Assembly (NCBI GenBank): GCA_013239625.1
Contig: MU055362.1
Span: forward strand, 18,509,448 to 18,573,447
DNA length: 64,000 nucleotides
DNA from: Lama guanicoe
Taxonomy: Eukaryota
Direction: 5' to 3'
The stretch's first letter is position 1, and each line of letters starts with the position of its first letter. Positions 13,331 through 26,420 of this stretch are shown one piece after another. The notes under the pieces were generated by a model. That model worked only from the letters and a program-made list of their open reading frames with translations. It ran no database searches and had not been told where the DNA came from. The translations under genes were made by a program, and so were the position numbers.

Positions 13331-14249
13331 GTCCTTACTCAGTGGGAGGTTGATTACTGCTTCCTATCAAATTCTAAAATTCTATTATTCTCTTCCATTC
13401 CTGTCCACCACTCTCACTTCACTTCGGGAGCCTATTGTCTCTCTGGTCACAAGAAAAGTAGCTTCTTCAAGCCACTAAAAGGCCACACAAAGAAACTGGT
13501 GCTACAAGAGAAAGTGGTGGTAATACCCAGAAATTTCTCCCAGAAATCTCTGGCTGCAGGTCCCTCCCCTGTCATATTCCCTGGCTTCTCATCTTTCTGG
13601 GGGAAAGAATAACCATGCACACCCAAGACAGTAACAGTTCCCCTTCTAGATAAGTCAAGAAGGGCAGCTCTGCCATCTACAAGAGAATTTGCCGAGTGCC
13701 TCATGCTATCACAAATCAATGAACATTGTCCTCTGGGGAATCAATTCTACTCAAGACATAAATAGCTCCAGTGTCTTTCAGCAAACAGAGAAGCAAAATA
13801 AAGTTGGGCCAAACAAGTCAATTTACATCAAAAAAAAAAAAAACAAAAAACCAGGAGGAGGAAAGTCAAACCAGGAGCAGGTGTTTGGTCAGATCCCAGC
13901 ATTCTTGCCTATGTGTCACATTCAATTCCATTTGGAGGGAAAACTATCCAAAAACTGGAAAAGAAGGAAACAACTTTCATCACACTAGCTATTCTGTCCT
14001 GACAGCTGACTGGGGGAATCAGCAGACGCTAGGAATCCTGGGGCAGAATGACATTTTGAGGTGGTCTGGTTCATTCTCCTGCCCTCAGACAGTCTGTGGC
14101 TAAGATATCTGGACCAGAAGATGTTCTGTGTTCAAAGACCTCTGGGAAGGAGTGCCCACAGTTTCAATCCTGTCTGAACACTTAACTTTATGAGAACAGT
14201 GGGGCCCGCTGCGCCTGTGGCTGGGACTTCACAGATGATAAAGAGCTTT

Positions 14250-14455
14250 AATAGCCATTATCTCACTTAACTTCCTGAGCAGCACCATGAAGCAAGTAGA
14301 ACACTTCTTGCCTCCTCCCATTTTAGAGTTGAAGAAACTGAATCTTAGGACCCTAAGTGACTTATTCAAGAGTCACACAACTATTAAGTGATGGAGCTAG
14401 AAAGTACCAAGCATCCAGTTCTCCTGGCCCCGAATCCACTGCACTTTCTTCAGCA
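14250..14455 (-). mobile_element. MIR SINE (antisense)
   Basis: cccattttagagttgaagaaactgaatcttag...aagtgacttattcaagagtcacacaacta. Confidence 0.7.
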
Positions 14456-16729
14456 CTGCTACACCAAGTCCAATAATATAAAATTATAATGATATTGACA
14501 AATACACAGAATAGATAACTGAGCTCTGTCGTGACCCTGTCTGGGTGAATTTCAGCTTGGGCTTATGAGTATAACGTATTATGTATTCATGATACATTAT
14601 GAATATATTTGAAAAGTATTAGATGACGGAGCAGTGTTCTCTCCTTTAGGCTAACTCATCCCATTTCCATTAACTTTTCTTCACAAGTCTTAATTTCGTA
14701 TCTTTCCTAAAAGTTCTTCTCTGAGCTGCTTCTAAGATTTCATTTCCCAGTCACAGAATTTTAGTGAAAACAATTTTTTTCCTCAAGAAGAGAGGAATTC
14801 CCTGTTTCTTCTATGTTCTTCTCAAATAAAAGGATTATTAAATCCCAGGAGTGACTGTAAATTGGTTTAATGTAAATTCTCTAATAATGTAAGCATATTA
14901 TATTCTGACGCCATGCAGACAGACACTGCCAGCTCCCCTAAACCTAATGCAGCCCACTCTCAGAGGGAAAGATGCTATCGGGGAGGCTTCCCAGGAAAAT
15001 TGGAGAGTGTATTTCTTCTTCCACTCATCAGCTTTGATTGAGATCCTACTTTGTGCCAGACATAACTGTTCCTCTTCAGCACTTAATCTGACTAAATTCT
15101 TAATAAGTTGTGTTCCCATAACTAATAATAACTCAAGAATCCCAGGTAGACAAATTAGGGAAAAAATCTGAATGTAAAGTTTAATGTGATGCTTCAGCTC
15201 AGAATGTCCTGATCATCTTAATGCCAGGCCACATCATCACTTGATCCTCAAGAGCTATTTAATAGGAATATTTGTCAGGGGAGGGGATTCTAGGATCTCT
15301 GCCCTCAAAAAGTTCCTCTTTATTATTAGAAACAAAAAACTGACAGGAAGCAGACTGTGGGTGGTGCCATGAGAGAAGTGCAGAATATTTCTGCTTTGGG
15401 GCTATTAGGTTCCGTATTAAATGGTTAAATTTCATATCTGCATGAGCCTCTCCTTCAGCTGCCATGATTTTAGCTGAAAGAATTTCAAGGCTCCTATGAA
15501 CCAAAAATCTTACTGCCTACTCTGTAAAGAAATGAGCATCTTTTTTTTTCTTTTTCTACATACTGCTTATTTTTTCCATCTCTCTGGGATATAACTTTTG
15601 CTTTGATTTCATCCTCATTAAATCCTCTATCAAAGGAAAACATTGGCATCTAACTGCATGCCTTTAGAGAGGTGTCATTTGATGTTAGCCAAACAGAGTG
15701 GTTCTGAAAATACTCAAGTAACTCCCAGGTGCTAAGACTTTAAAAATATCTTTGTGTCCCTGTTGGAACAGACCACATTATGATATTTCATCTCCAGATT
15801 CAGAGCTTGGCCAGTACGAAAAGTCCTGAGGGCTGAACTGGCCACCACCTGACCTAACACAGATGACTGGAAGCATCACATTTATTTTGGAAGATGGACA
15901 GATCTGGCAGAAGGATCTGTGGGAAGACCTTAACCTTAAGAATTTTATACCAGGACTTCTCACCCAGAAACAAAACCCGAAGACTTGTTTTCTGGGACCA
16001 AAGGGCCATTACTCCATATCTCAGCAGACTCAAGACATCTTTAAGTTTTTAAGTTCTATACTGCTGGTATTAGTTGGTACCTGGAGTTTCTGAACTCTGG
16101 TTGACCAGATGTATTCCCTGCAGGTTTCCATTATCTTCATTTGTCTGGGATCATTTAAATTAGTTTCTTCTTAAAACAAAGCAGCCTATAAAAGTTCTGC
16201 AGTTATTCAAAGATGGCTTTGTAGAGGAAAATTTTGGAAGTACTCTTGGAGATCAAGAAGTTTCTTCTATAACATCCTTGACAAAAAGCCTGTCAGCTTC
16301 TGTTTGATGAGACTGTTCGTCTCGTGAGTTGGCCCACTTAAGGACTAGACAGGTCTGATTGTAGGAAAGATCCTCCTTACTTGTGGCCAAAGGGCGTTTT
16401 CTTCCCATTTCTACCCTATCTTTAGAAAAACTAAGCAGAGTAAATCTGTACCATCTTTATAACAATTTTCTAATATATCTCCCCTTAGAGTTCGAGTCTC
16501 CAAGCTAAACCATCTCAGCTTCTTCACCCATTCCTCAGGTAGCAGGTTTCCTGATTGCTCACTGTCTGTTCACCTTGGAATCCACTGTGTTATAGAACCT
16601 TATCTCATGTGATTAACTGTTCAATTTTCGTACCTCAGACAAACTTAGTCATGGAGGTCTGGGAAGGAGTAGGCAATGTGAAGACTTTGTTCTTACAGTT
16701 TACCTCAGAATCACAGAATGGTAATATTT

Positions 16730-17230
16730 TAAAATCTTTTCCAACTTCATAATGAATAATAATATTATTTTAATTTGTATGCTTTGAGTATTAGTGAGGT
16801 TGAAAATTTTTCATGTGTCTATTAGTATTGTATTGGTTTTATGGATTTTCTACATCCTTTGCTTATTTTTCTATTGGGCTGTTATCCGTTTTATTAGTCA
16901 TTTGTAAGTTTTTTTCTAATGTAAGCCAGTTTCCCCTTTGCTACCTATCATATGTGCTGAAATATTTTCTTCAGTATTCTATTCGCTATTTTTCCAACTA
17001 TTTCATTCTTAGTGTATTATCTTGACATACAGAAGTGTTGCCTTTTATACAGTTAAATCTGTCTTTTGCTTTGTGGTCTCCTCCATTCCATTTATATGTG
17101 TATCTATTCATATTCCTCAAATAAGATAAATACACCTGTATTTTCTTCTTGTTTCTTTTTTGTTTCACTTTTTGTATTAATGTCTGCAATACGTTTGGAA
17201 TTTGCCTTGATGTTCTGAAAGAGGCAAGAA
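16730..17230 (-). mobile_element. Old L1 fragment (antisense)
   Basis: T-rich text: ttagtgaggttgaaaatttttcatgtgtctatt; tttgcttatttttctattggg. Confidence 0.65.
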
Positions 17231-18457
17231 GCATCACTAGTGCTGTTTAAGCTGAGAGAGTGTGAGGAAACCTGCTCCCCCTGCAGGGCTTCAGGTGCTG
17301 GCTTAAAAACGTCAGGGAAAAACAGAGCATCCTTTTATAAAAAGCAAGTGTTAGGATGGAGACCTCTTTTACCTGGAGGAAAAGGCCCTGCTGGTGCAGA
17401 TGCTACCACATCACCTGCAGCCCTTTTGAAAGGCCACTCAGAGCCCCTCAGGCAGCCAGAGGAGCCGCAGAGGCTAGGAGGGCGGGCTGCATGGTGAGAG
17501 AGGTGCCTGGACCAGGAGACTTACGAGCCGGTCCAAGTGAACAGGAAGATGGTATTTATTCCAACCAGTGACATTGAAATTAGTGTTCCAGTTCAGAAGG
17601 TCTGAAATAGACACTGCAAAAGTATATATATAAATATATATGAGTATTGTGTACTTATAAGACCACTCATACTTAAGGCTCAGAGTCAGTCTGTAGAAAA
17701 AATAAAGAGAAATAAATATATAGGGAAATGAGCTTTTCAAATTTTACTTAATGTAAGTTTACTCACTGAAACTTAGAGGAGTTTGCATTCTTTTAACCCT
17801 TGTGCTCACCTGCGGGTGTTTGGCGGCTCACCGAGATAGTACCTATAAGCAATGTGTACAGTATTATCTAAGTAAATAATTATATACATATCTGGAAAAT
17901 ACAGTAAGGGTACTGAATGACATATTTAACCGCTTAGTTCCTTGTGCACGAAGAGAGCTTGAACCAGTCTTTGTGGGGAGCTCTCTGTGACACCACCCAG
18001 GACCTGAGAGAAATCGAAATGACGCTAGAGACCTTGCCCTTCAGGAAAAGCACAAAGTTTTGCTTTTCAGTGCTAAAGAAATGTGGACTTGTTATCCATG
18101 CAAATGTTCCATCAGCTTTGGTTCTGAATTCCTGCTGTAAAGTGCTTCACACACACTTTCCTGGTACGTACTGAGGAGTACGTTCCTCTCACCAGAGTAC
18201 ACACGACAAGGAGAAATATTAAATGCGGCAGCTCCGCATAAATAGCAGAAGTGCTCACTTCAGACTATTCAACAAAAAATTTGCCTTTGAAAAGTTCACA
18301 TCTTTCTTTTAGATTAAAAAATGTGGCCTCTTAACCTGGTGCTCCAGTAAGAGTAAGAAAAGATCTGTTTATTCAAAATAAATTCAGAATGTAATGGTTA
18401 GGAAGCTATTTGATTTGCCTCCATTCCCAGCTGCAAACATACTCCCACTCTTTCTTC

Positions 18458-18633
18458 AACCTTTGCTGCTCAACTATGGCTGCGCTTTGAATTTCCTGGG
18501 GAGCTTTAAAACCCCAATGCCCAAGCTGCACCCCAGACCAATTAAACCAAAGTCTCTGGGCTGGGACCCAGACACTAGTATTTTTTAAAGCTCCCCAGGT
18601 GATTCAAATATGTGGCCAAAGTTGAGAACCATT
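18458..18633. mobile_element. MER5A-like DNA transposon
   Basis: cctggggagctttaaaa...caccccagaccaattaaac...ttttttaaagctccccaggtgattc...aagttgagaaccattg. Confidence 0.75.
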
Positions 18634-21600
18634 GTCCCTCTGAAAACACTGGAACAGGATCCCAGCTGATTTGCATCTTTGATTTCACCCAGATTCTATT
18701 CTTCATTCAGGCACTAAGCCATTTTGCCAAAGGTGTGAACATTCCAGGAGCCCCTGGGAGTTCTCTATGACTAAGTGGAAGGATGTGTACGGCTCCCAAG
18801 GGTTTTATTGTTTGTTTTGTTTTAACTCCCAGATTAGTAATGTACAGATCGCTGTGCAGATTACAGGATTATAAAATGCTTTTATATTTTACCGTGACTT
18901 GACATCTTAAACCAAAATGTTTAGGAATCCAGCATTTTCAGTGTTATATTCTGAGAGTTTTTCGTTTGTTCTTGACCCCAGAAAACATTTTCTTCCAGCT
19001 CATTCCGAGCAGCTGGAATCTCTCTATATAGCTGTCCATCAAGGCAGTGGTCTCCCCACCCAGCTTCCACTCACTGGGGGACCCTTGTTGCAAGCAGAGA
19101 TTTACATTCTGTTCCAGAGGACCCAGATGAAATCCCGGTAAATGGGCACTTTAGAGTAAAGCTAACATGTTTCCAGGCAGTTGTTTCTAAACTGAGGGGC
19201 AGGGAAGCAGAATGTTTGGGCAGTTCTGGTGGGCAGAGAGGAAATGGCCCTTGTTGTCTCCTCTCTCCACATCCGCCAGGGGCTGCAATTTAGGTGGTGG
19301 GTAAACACAAGCCCCGGGGAACTGGAAAGTCCTTCTCCAGCCCATCTCTGCAGCAGGTCCTGGGCCTTGAACCTGTATTTCTTTGGCTTTCAAGCATCAG
19401 GAGCCCACAAAAGAATGGGGTTCATTCCAGACAAGGGGCTGGAGCACCAAACTGTGGACCAGCTGCCAAACACCAGCAATCAGTTGGCAGCCTACCTCTT
19501 CCCCTCGCACCTTCTCAAGAGTGATACAGAGTCCCCGCACTCTGCACTCTGACATCTGTGGACCCTGGAGCAGAACCTGTGCACCTGGGACATCTTATTT
19601 TGCCTTTCTGAGGCTACACTGGTGATATTCTAGGGAACACTGTCAAAATCTGGTAAAACTGAGATATTTATCCCTTTGGTTTAACGTATTTGAATAGGTA
19701 TCCAGGAAGCTGTGAACTTATAGTAATGGAACTAATTTTGGACATGGCTTTTAGACTCTGTCTCCTACTCTTATATATAGAAAACCAGTCTGTGTGCACG
19801 CGCACACACACACGCACACACACCCCTGCCCTCTTACCTGACTCTCTTTATCTCACCTGCAGACTGCCTGTAATAAAGGGAATGCTTCTGACCCTCTCCT
19901 GGTCCCTTCCCACAAAGAATGCTTTAACTCTAAGACAAGACAGACCACAGAGGGTAAATACAGGACAATAGGAGTGTAAGGAAGGGAGAGAGAAATTCTG
20001 ACCTGGGAGTCTGGGAAATCCTCAGGGCTGAGGGCCACCGAGCAGGAGCTGTAAGGATGAGCCATACATCAAGAAATGCTGGAGGGAAGCTGATTCCAGG
20101 CAATGGGGTGAGCTTACTAAAGGTTTGGAAGTACAAAAGTTCAAGGGCCATTTTGTTTGGGGGCATGTCACATCATCTCATATGAATGGAATATAGGATA
20201 CTTCATGGAGCGAGGGGAGGGGCCACAAAAATATATTAGGGGCAGAATACAGAAGGCCTTGAAATCTAGGCCAAGAAGTTTGATTGTAATGTGTTAATTA
20301 TAGTGTGTCTGACCACACATTTGCATATTTCTGTGGTTTCTGCTGCAGTGGATAAGGACTCCATCTGTTATAACTGAATCTGTACAAAGCAAAGAACAGG
20401 AGGAATGTGAGTGATGCCCCTTTCACCCCACTTGTGAATGTCAGTGATCCCGGCACCAGGTCTTTCCAACGGGAGGGGCAACCTTAACCACATGGTAAAA
20501 TCTCCATGGTTTTTATAGCTGGTCCCTATTGTATCCTGTGGTTTGAGTGTGATATGCCTATGACAAGGAGCTCTGAGATGGCTGTAGAATCAAACTGTCT
20601 TCCCAAAGTGCCCCCAGATGATTCCCTCATCTGTTGGGAGTTAACAATATCAGTATAAATCCAGGTTCCTTAGCTGGGCTCTCATCTTGTCTGCCAAGTG
20701 TGCGAAGTTATTTTAAACCATTAGAAGCACATGGTAGGATCCCATTCTGGCTTAGACCATTATTATACAGACTTGGATAGAACACAGACCAAATTTGACC
20801 CCCAAAACTAACTGCAAGCAGGGAAGGCTTATAGCCCTAGCAACTTGCCTATAAAACCTCCAGCTCCACTTGCATAAAGGAGTCCTAGTGTTTTCTCTGG
20901 TCAGTGATACAGAAGCTAGACCGAAACTCCTCATTATTTCAGTATGTTCTCAAAGAGTAGGACGTAGGGCAAATGATCTTATCAGCCTTAAAGTGCCTCA
21001 GTGACCAGGAACTTCATATGTGATGCAGGCTTTTGGACGGGTAAGGGGAACAGGAAGCTTTCACCTCTGTGTTTTCTTAGTCTTACATCTTTAAAAACAG
21101 CAGAGAAAAGATTGGAGTGTCCAACCAGCCACATGAGAACTCCTAGAGAGGTTGACTGAGTGGAACTCAACAAGCGTTCATTTGAACTACTATCATAGGA
21201 GAGAAGGCACTGAACCATTGCAACTAAAAATTTAGAAATGAAAACAATTAGTCGAACAGGCAAAATGACTCCAGCACACAGATAAAGCTGAGAAGGCTGC
21301 ATACGAAAAGGGAGCTGCGGAGAATGTGCCTCTCTTCCAGCTGCGGCTCTCAGAAAAAGGTCCTGGTAGTGGAGGCCACATCCAAAGGGGCCTGGCGGGA
21401 AGAGCAGGCTTTTTGTCAGTCTACCAGATTCCAGGCAGAGCAAAAAGCACAGAGGAGAAAGCTTCAGGACACACTTGGGAGGAAATAATCCTCTCCATGA
21501 CCCCTGAGGAGTAGGAGCGCCCCTGAGGGTCATGAGCATCCTATAGCCTTTATTCCAGCTGAGTTGGTGGGGACCAGGAGACACTCCCGAGCAGCCCTCC

Positions 21601-21779
21601 TCAGCGGGTAGCATCACTCCCAGCCATTTCAAAGGAACCTCTTCTCTAAGCTACCCCAGATGCACAGTCTCTCCCGGAGCAGGGGAACGGAGTGAGGCCC
21701 CTCTGTCCTCAAACCCGGCCACTCCCTCCGGGCTCTAACCTGCCCCTGACCTGGAGAAGGGCAGGGCAGCTGCACACAC

Positions 21780-22330
21780 CAGCTTCCTAACTCAGCGAGG
21801 GGGCCTCCGGGGGGCAGCTCGGCCTCGAGGGCCTGTAAAGCGCACACAGGTGCGGCCGGCGGGAGGGCGGAGGCGCCGGGACCCGGGCGGGAGAGGCGGG
21901 CGCCGGGTCACGCGGGCGCCGCCAGCCCCGCACCTGCGCGGACCCCCTCCCTGCGCGCCAGCCGGGAAGCCGCACCCGCGGCGGGAATCGCAACCCGGCT
22001 TCGCATGGTTCCTTAATATTAGCCACATTCGGGGCGGGGGTGGGAGGCGCCAAGCGGACCGCAACGAAGTTTTTGTCGGGATTGGACTGACCCTGCGGTT
22101 TGTTCCTCCGGGAGGCCAAGCGCAGGGCACGTCTCCGGGCCTTCCCGGGAATGGAGAGCGGGCTGTAGGGGCAGAGGCAGGAGCCCCGCTTCCCGGGAAC
22201 CGCGGAATGGGGCTCTCGCCGCGGTTGTGTAGAGCAACAGTGCCCTCTGGTGGCGCCTGGGGAAGCACGCTGGAACTAGAGTCGAAATCCGGAGGTTGTG
22301 CTGGCTGTTGAGCAGCAAAGGAAGCAGATG
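21780..22330. promoter_or_regulatory. Intragenic (orphan) CpG island in the last HPSE2 intron
   Basis: Sharp rise in GC and CpG content, with GC boxes, inside CpG-depleted intron. Confidence 0.9.
22238..22256 (-). promoter_or_regulatory. CTCF core motif
   Basis: Minus strand reads GCGCCACCAGAGGGCACTG, a close match to the CTCF consensus. Confidence 0.7.
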
Positions 22331-25300
22331 CTCTCCGCTCCCCACCGCTCAGATTTTGTACGTTCTCCTTTCTCTCCCCACTTCCTCCCTCTCTCCTGCT
22401 CCCCGCTCCTTTTTTCCCTCCCTCCCTCCCTCTCTCTCCTCATTTAACGATCCAGAAACCCAAACTAGAGCCAACTGTGACATTTTCTAGGCCTGCTCAC
22501 GTCATACTTAGAGTGTGGACTTGAGTCTCAGGTCTCCCACCCCAGTGTCTTTTCCTTCCAGACTGTAGTTCAGACATATATCCAAGGCTTCTTTACCGAG
22601 CATCTGCCGTGGGAGTTGGACAGGAGAGTGCAGTATGAGCAGGGCAGGCACAGGATCTTGAGCTTCCTGTCTAGGGGAGAGACTGACCAGGAGTCTGCAA
22701 TCCCAATACGTGTGACGAGTGCAGAGCCCAGAGAAGTACTGGGCGAAAGGGGGCATCTTGAGGGGCACCTGACCAGAAGGACAGGTAGGAGTTAACTGGG
22801 AAAAGGAAGCTGGAAGGAGGGAGGGAGTATAGAGAAGGTTCCAGGCAGAGTGACATGCAGGAAAACCCTGAGAGTAGACAAAAGGTAGAGAAGCTACAGC
22901 ACAGAATGGAAGGAGGTGGTGGGTGGTGAGGAGCCCCTAAAGGGCTGGAGAAGTAGGTAAATGGGTCTTGTAAGGACTTTGGAGAACGTTCTAAGATCAC
23001 CAGGGAACTACCTAACATTTAGACAGGTGAATGTCATGATCAAATTTCCGTCTGTACAGGATCACTCTGAATTTGACATTCCACTCTGCTTCAGGCTAGC
23101 TGTCACGCTGTGGGCTACCTTCCTGAAAAATGTGGGAGCCAGAAAGTATCCTAGGGTTTGTCTAGTCTGTCTTACAGATGGAAAAGCCCAAGCTCAAAGA
23201 AAGCAAATCACTTTCTCAAAGTGGCTGAGGGCAGAACCAGTTATCTCTAAGTCCCTTCACCTCCCACTCAAGGCTCAAGATACACCTGCAGAAACCAGCC
23301 ACCAGCTTCCCAGGCTGCTCCCCATAATGCACAGGCTTCCTCTGCCTCTACCCCCACACAAGTCCACCCAGGGCCAAGCCAGAAACCAGCAAATTATCTT
23401 CAAGACTGGCAATGGGTGTGCTCACTAGACTTGCTTCCCTAACACCTCAGAACAGCTGAAAGCTTGCTTTAACATCCATGCTTAGCAAGAACCATAATCA
23501 GACATGAAGACCAGAGATTGTAGACGGGTGGGGGTGGGGGGCGAGGGGCTCCCACAGAGACCTCGGGAGCAGAGGGCTTGACTCTAAATTGAGACATTGA
23601 ATCCCATCTCAAATAGCATGCAAAGTAAAGAAAATAAGTTTAGAAATTGCAGAGCAACTCAGACTTTGAAAAAACAGATGGGGATAAAAACACAGTTGTC
23701 CTAATATTTGGATAATTTAAAAGCCCTCAGAAGCTAGGGAATTAAGAGAAATAGTTCAACATAGGCTGAGTCATTTAGCATTTGATTTGAAAAGTCATGG
23801 GCCAGTAAGGAGGTCCCAGAATGTGATGAAAATGTGATAGGAAAGGATTTCAAGGAAAGAAATATGATCCTGGCGAGTGCCATCTGGAACTGGAGAACAA
23901 CTCCAAATAGTAGAAAGAGGTGTCAGGAGGCCTGAATCCAAGACCTAGCTTAGCCACCTATTAGCTGGGTGCCCTTGCCCAGACTACCTAGCCTCTCTGA
24001 GCTCTTCTCCATAGTAAAGTTACAATAATGATAATACTTGCCTATGTACCTCACAGAGCTCTTTAGCAATCACAAGTGAGGCAGAAAGGACCACGGTAAG
24101 GGCTGCAGTGCAAATCTTCCACTGACTGGTGGTGTGACTTATGTGAGTCTTAGACACCCCCTAAACTTTGATACCTTCCTCTGTAGGAATGCTAACACCT
24201 GCCTTAGTTGGTAGTTGTAAGGACGAAATGTGATGGAGTAAATCATAGCATCGTGCCTTTTGCATAGACAGCTCAGTAATCAGTAATTTTTATCATTAAC
24301 ATGACATGTTTGCAAACTTACAAGCTGTTCAATGCATAAAAATGAAAGATTATTGTAATATTTAGTGTGATATGACTTAACTGGGTAACAGATAAATGTT
24401 AAAAGAAAATGTAAGCAGAAAAATTAGAATAGAGGTGGTAAAGCACACAGTCCTTCATTATAAGGAAGGAACTTTGTAGATAAGGATATATGAGGGCTCA
24501 GGTTTTCACAAAATTAACTCCTGTTGGCTCAGCTAAGAGATGGTCATATAGATCTTTTTTAAGGATGAAAAACACTAGTGATGATCAATGGCTCTTGTCT
24601 GGTTGGATAAGGTATCTAGTGAGTGACTGTGAGAGTCAGCGATAATTCAGGTCTTATCTAACATCTCCAGAGCCACTGAGAGCAAGAGTAATTGGTACAT
24701 TAATGAAATTTGTAAAGACACTCAGCGAACCTCCAGGGAGCCTCTTTAGAGTCGGAGAAACTCAGCCCAAGAATATCAGAAATAATGCAAAAGAGCCTGA
24801 AAAGTCCATGCACTTGTTCAGAAGATATTCCGTCCCAACCCTGTACAAGCACCTTGTTAGGCACCGAGTATGTAGATATGAAAGGCACGGTCCCTTTCCA
24901 CACCAAGCTCACAGCCCAGTGACAGGTAAGATGGGGGAGCCTGTACAATTCAGTGGGGTGGTTACAAGTGAGTTTGGGGGCTCCTAACCCAGGGGGTCAG
25001 AGAAGGTTCCCCCGTGGGGCAACATGCACGTGAGCAGGCTCGTCAGGGACCCAAGGCTGTTAGTCCCACGGAGGAGGAGGAGGAGGAGGACGGGCTGTGT
25101 TCCAGGTGGAGGGAGCACCAGAGACAGGAACCCAGAAGCAGACCTGCAGGTCATTTAATCTGGTCCCGCAGGGGCAAGTGTGCTGGCCTCTTCAAGTTCA
25201 AAGATTCCTTTGTAATATCAACAAATGTCAGGCCCTACCACATTATAGAAGTGTGCCTTTAAAATCTCTTGCTTGAACAAAGCACGTGATGCTCCCCTCC

Positions 25301-25739
25301 GCCCAAAAGTTCTGTGGAGAATTTTATAACAGTTCTAAATGAATTTATGTCTTATTAATACCAACAGTCTCTACAGGCATTTACATTTGAAAAACATTTA
25401 CTGTGCTTTTAAATGAACTTGGGTATTTTATTCCCAACAGTATCTACTTACATTTTCATTTGAGAAATATCTACCTCATTTATGTGCAAAACTTAGATAG
25501 TTTTCATTGGAAACAGTCTTTGTTCATGCATATACTGATGACATCCTCACAATAACTGCCAACCCAGCCCAAGCCCACCCCTAGAGGTTTGATGCACCGT
25601 TAGCACTGGAGTGGGGCAGGGGCAGCGCTGGAGGCTGGGGAGGTGGCTGGAGCTCGGCCAGCTCGTCCGGGTTAAAGTGGATTAATTGGATGGGCGTTGG
25701 TGGAGAGTCTGAAGCAGTCACAGCAACAGATGGCTCTGT

Positions 25740-26420
25740 CAGTAACATGGCAGACACAGGGGAGGAAGGCCAGGCCAGGGGCGAGGAGGTAGATCAACAG
25801 GCATGTTCTGAACTAAAATAATAGCAGTGAATGGAGAGAAATGAGCATATGTGAAAAACATTCCAAGGTAGAATTGGTGGGAGTTAGTGACCAGACCTGG
25901 GTGGGACCTGAGGAAAAAGTCCTTGACTCGCAGCTTCCTGGCTTGGGTAACCCGATCGATGGCGGTACCAATGTGAAGATAAAAAGGCAGAGAAAAGGAC
26001 AGGGTTTGAGGAGAAGATTTTGGCTCTGGACACAGTGACTTTGAAGTTCCTGTGGGACAGCTAAGTGGAGACAAGATGCAGAAGGATGCAGAAGAAGAAG
26101 GGTGGAGGAAGAGATAGAAGAAGGATGCAGGCTTGGGATACAGGTTTGGGAAGCATCAATGTGCAAAGCCCTGGGTGTGGGTAATAGCACCCAGGGGAAG
26201 TACGTGGTGTGGGAAGAGAAGAGGTCCAGGACCAAGCACCCGGCTCCTCAGCATCTGAGAAGCAGGTAGAGGGAACAGTGCCTCTGAAAAGGGAACAACA
26301 CACAGAACAGAAGGAGGAAAACAGAGAGGGAGACACTGCTACCGTGGGAGCCAGGGAAGAGAGAGCTTTCAGAAAGCAGCCGTGAAACTCGTCAGCGCCA
26401 CAGTACCAGGACCAAAAAGT
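25740..26420 (-). mobile_element. L2 LINE fragment
   Basis: Purine-rich L2-like text (agcagtgaatggagagaa...aaggtagaattggtggga...tttgaagttcctgtgggacagctaagtggaga). Confidence 0.6.

Noticed and set aside
20988-22345. Several 110-214 aa ORFs around the intronic CpG island
   Set aside because: Stop-codon depletion in GC-rich DNA; low-complexity Pro/Arg/Gly peptides with no recognisable domain.
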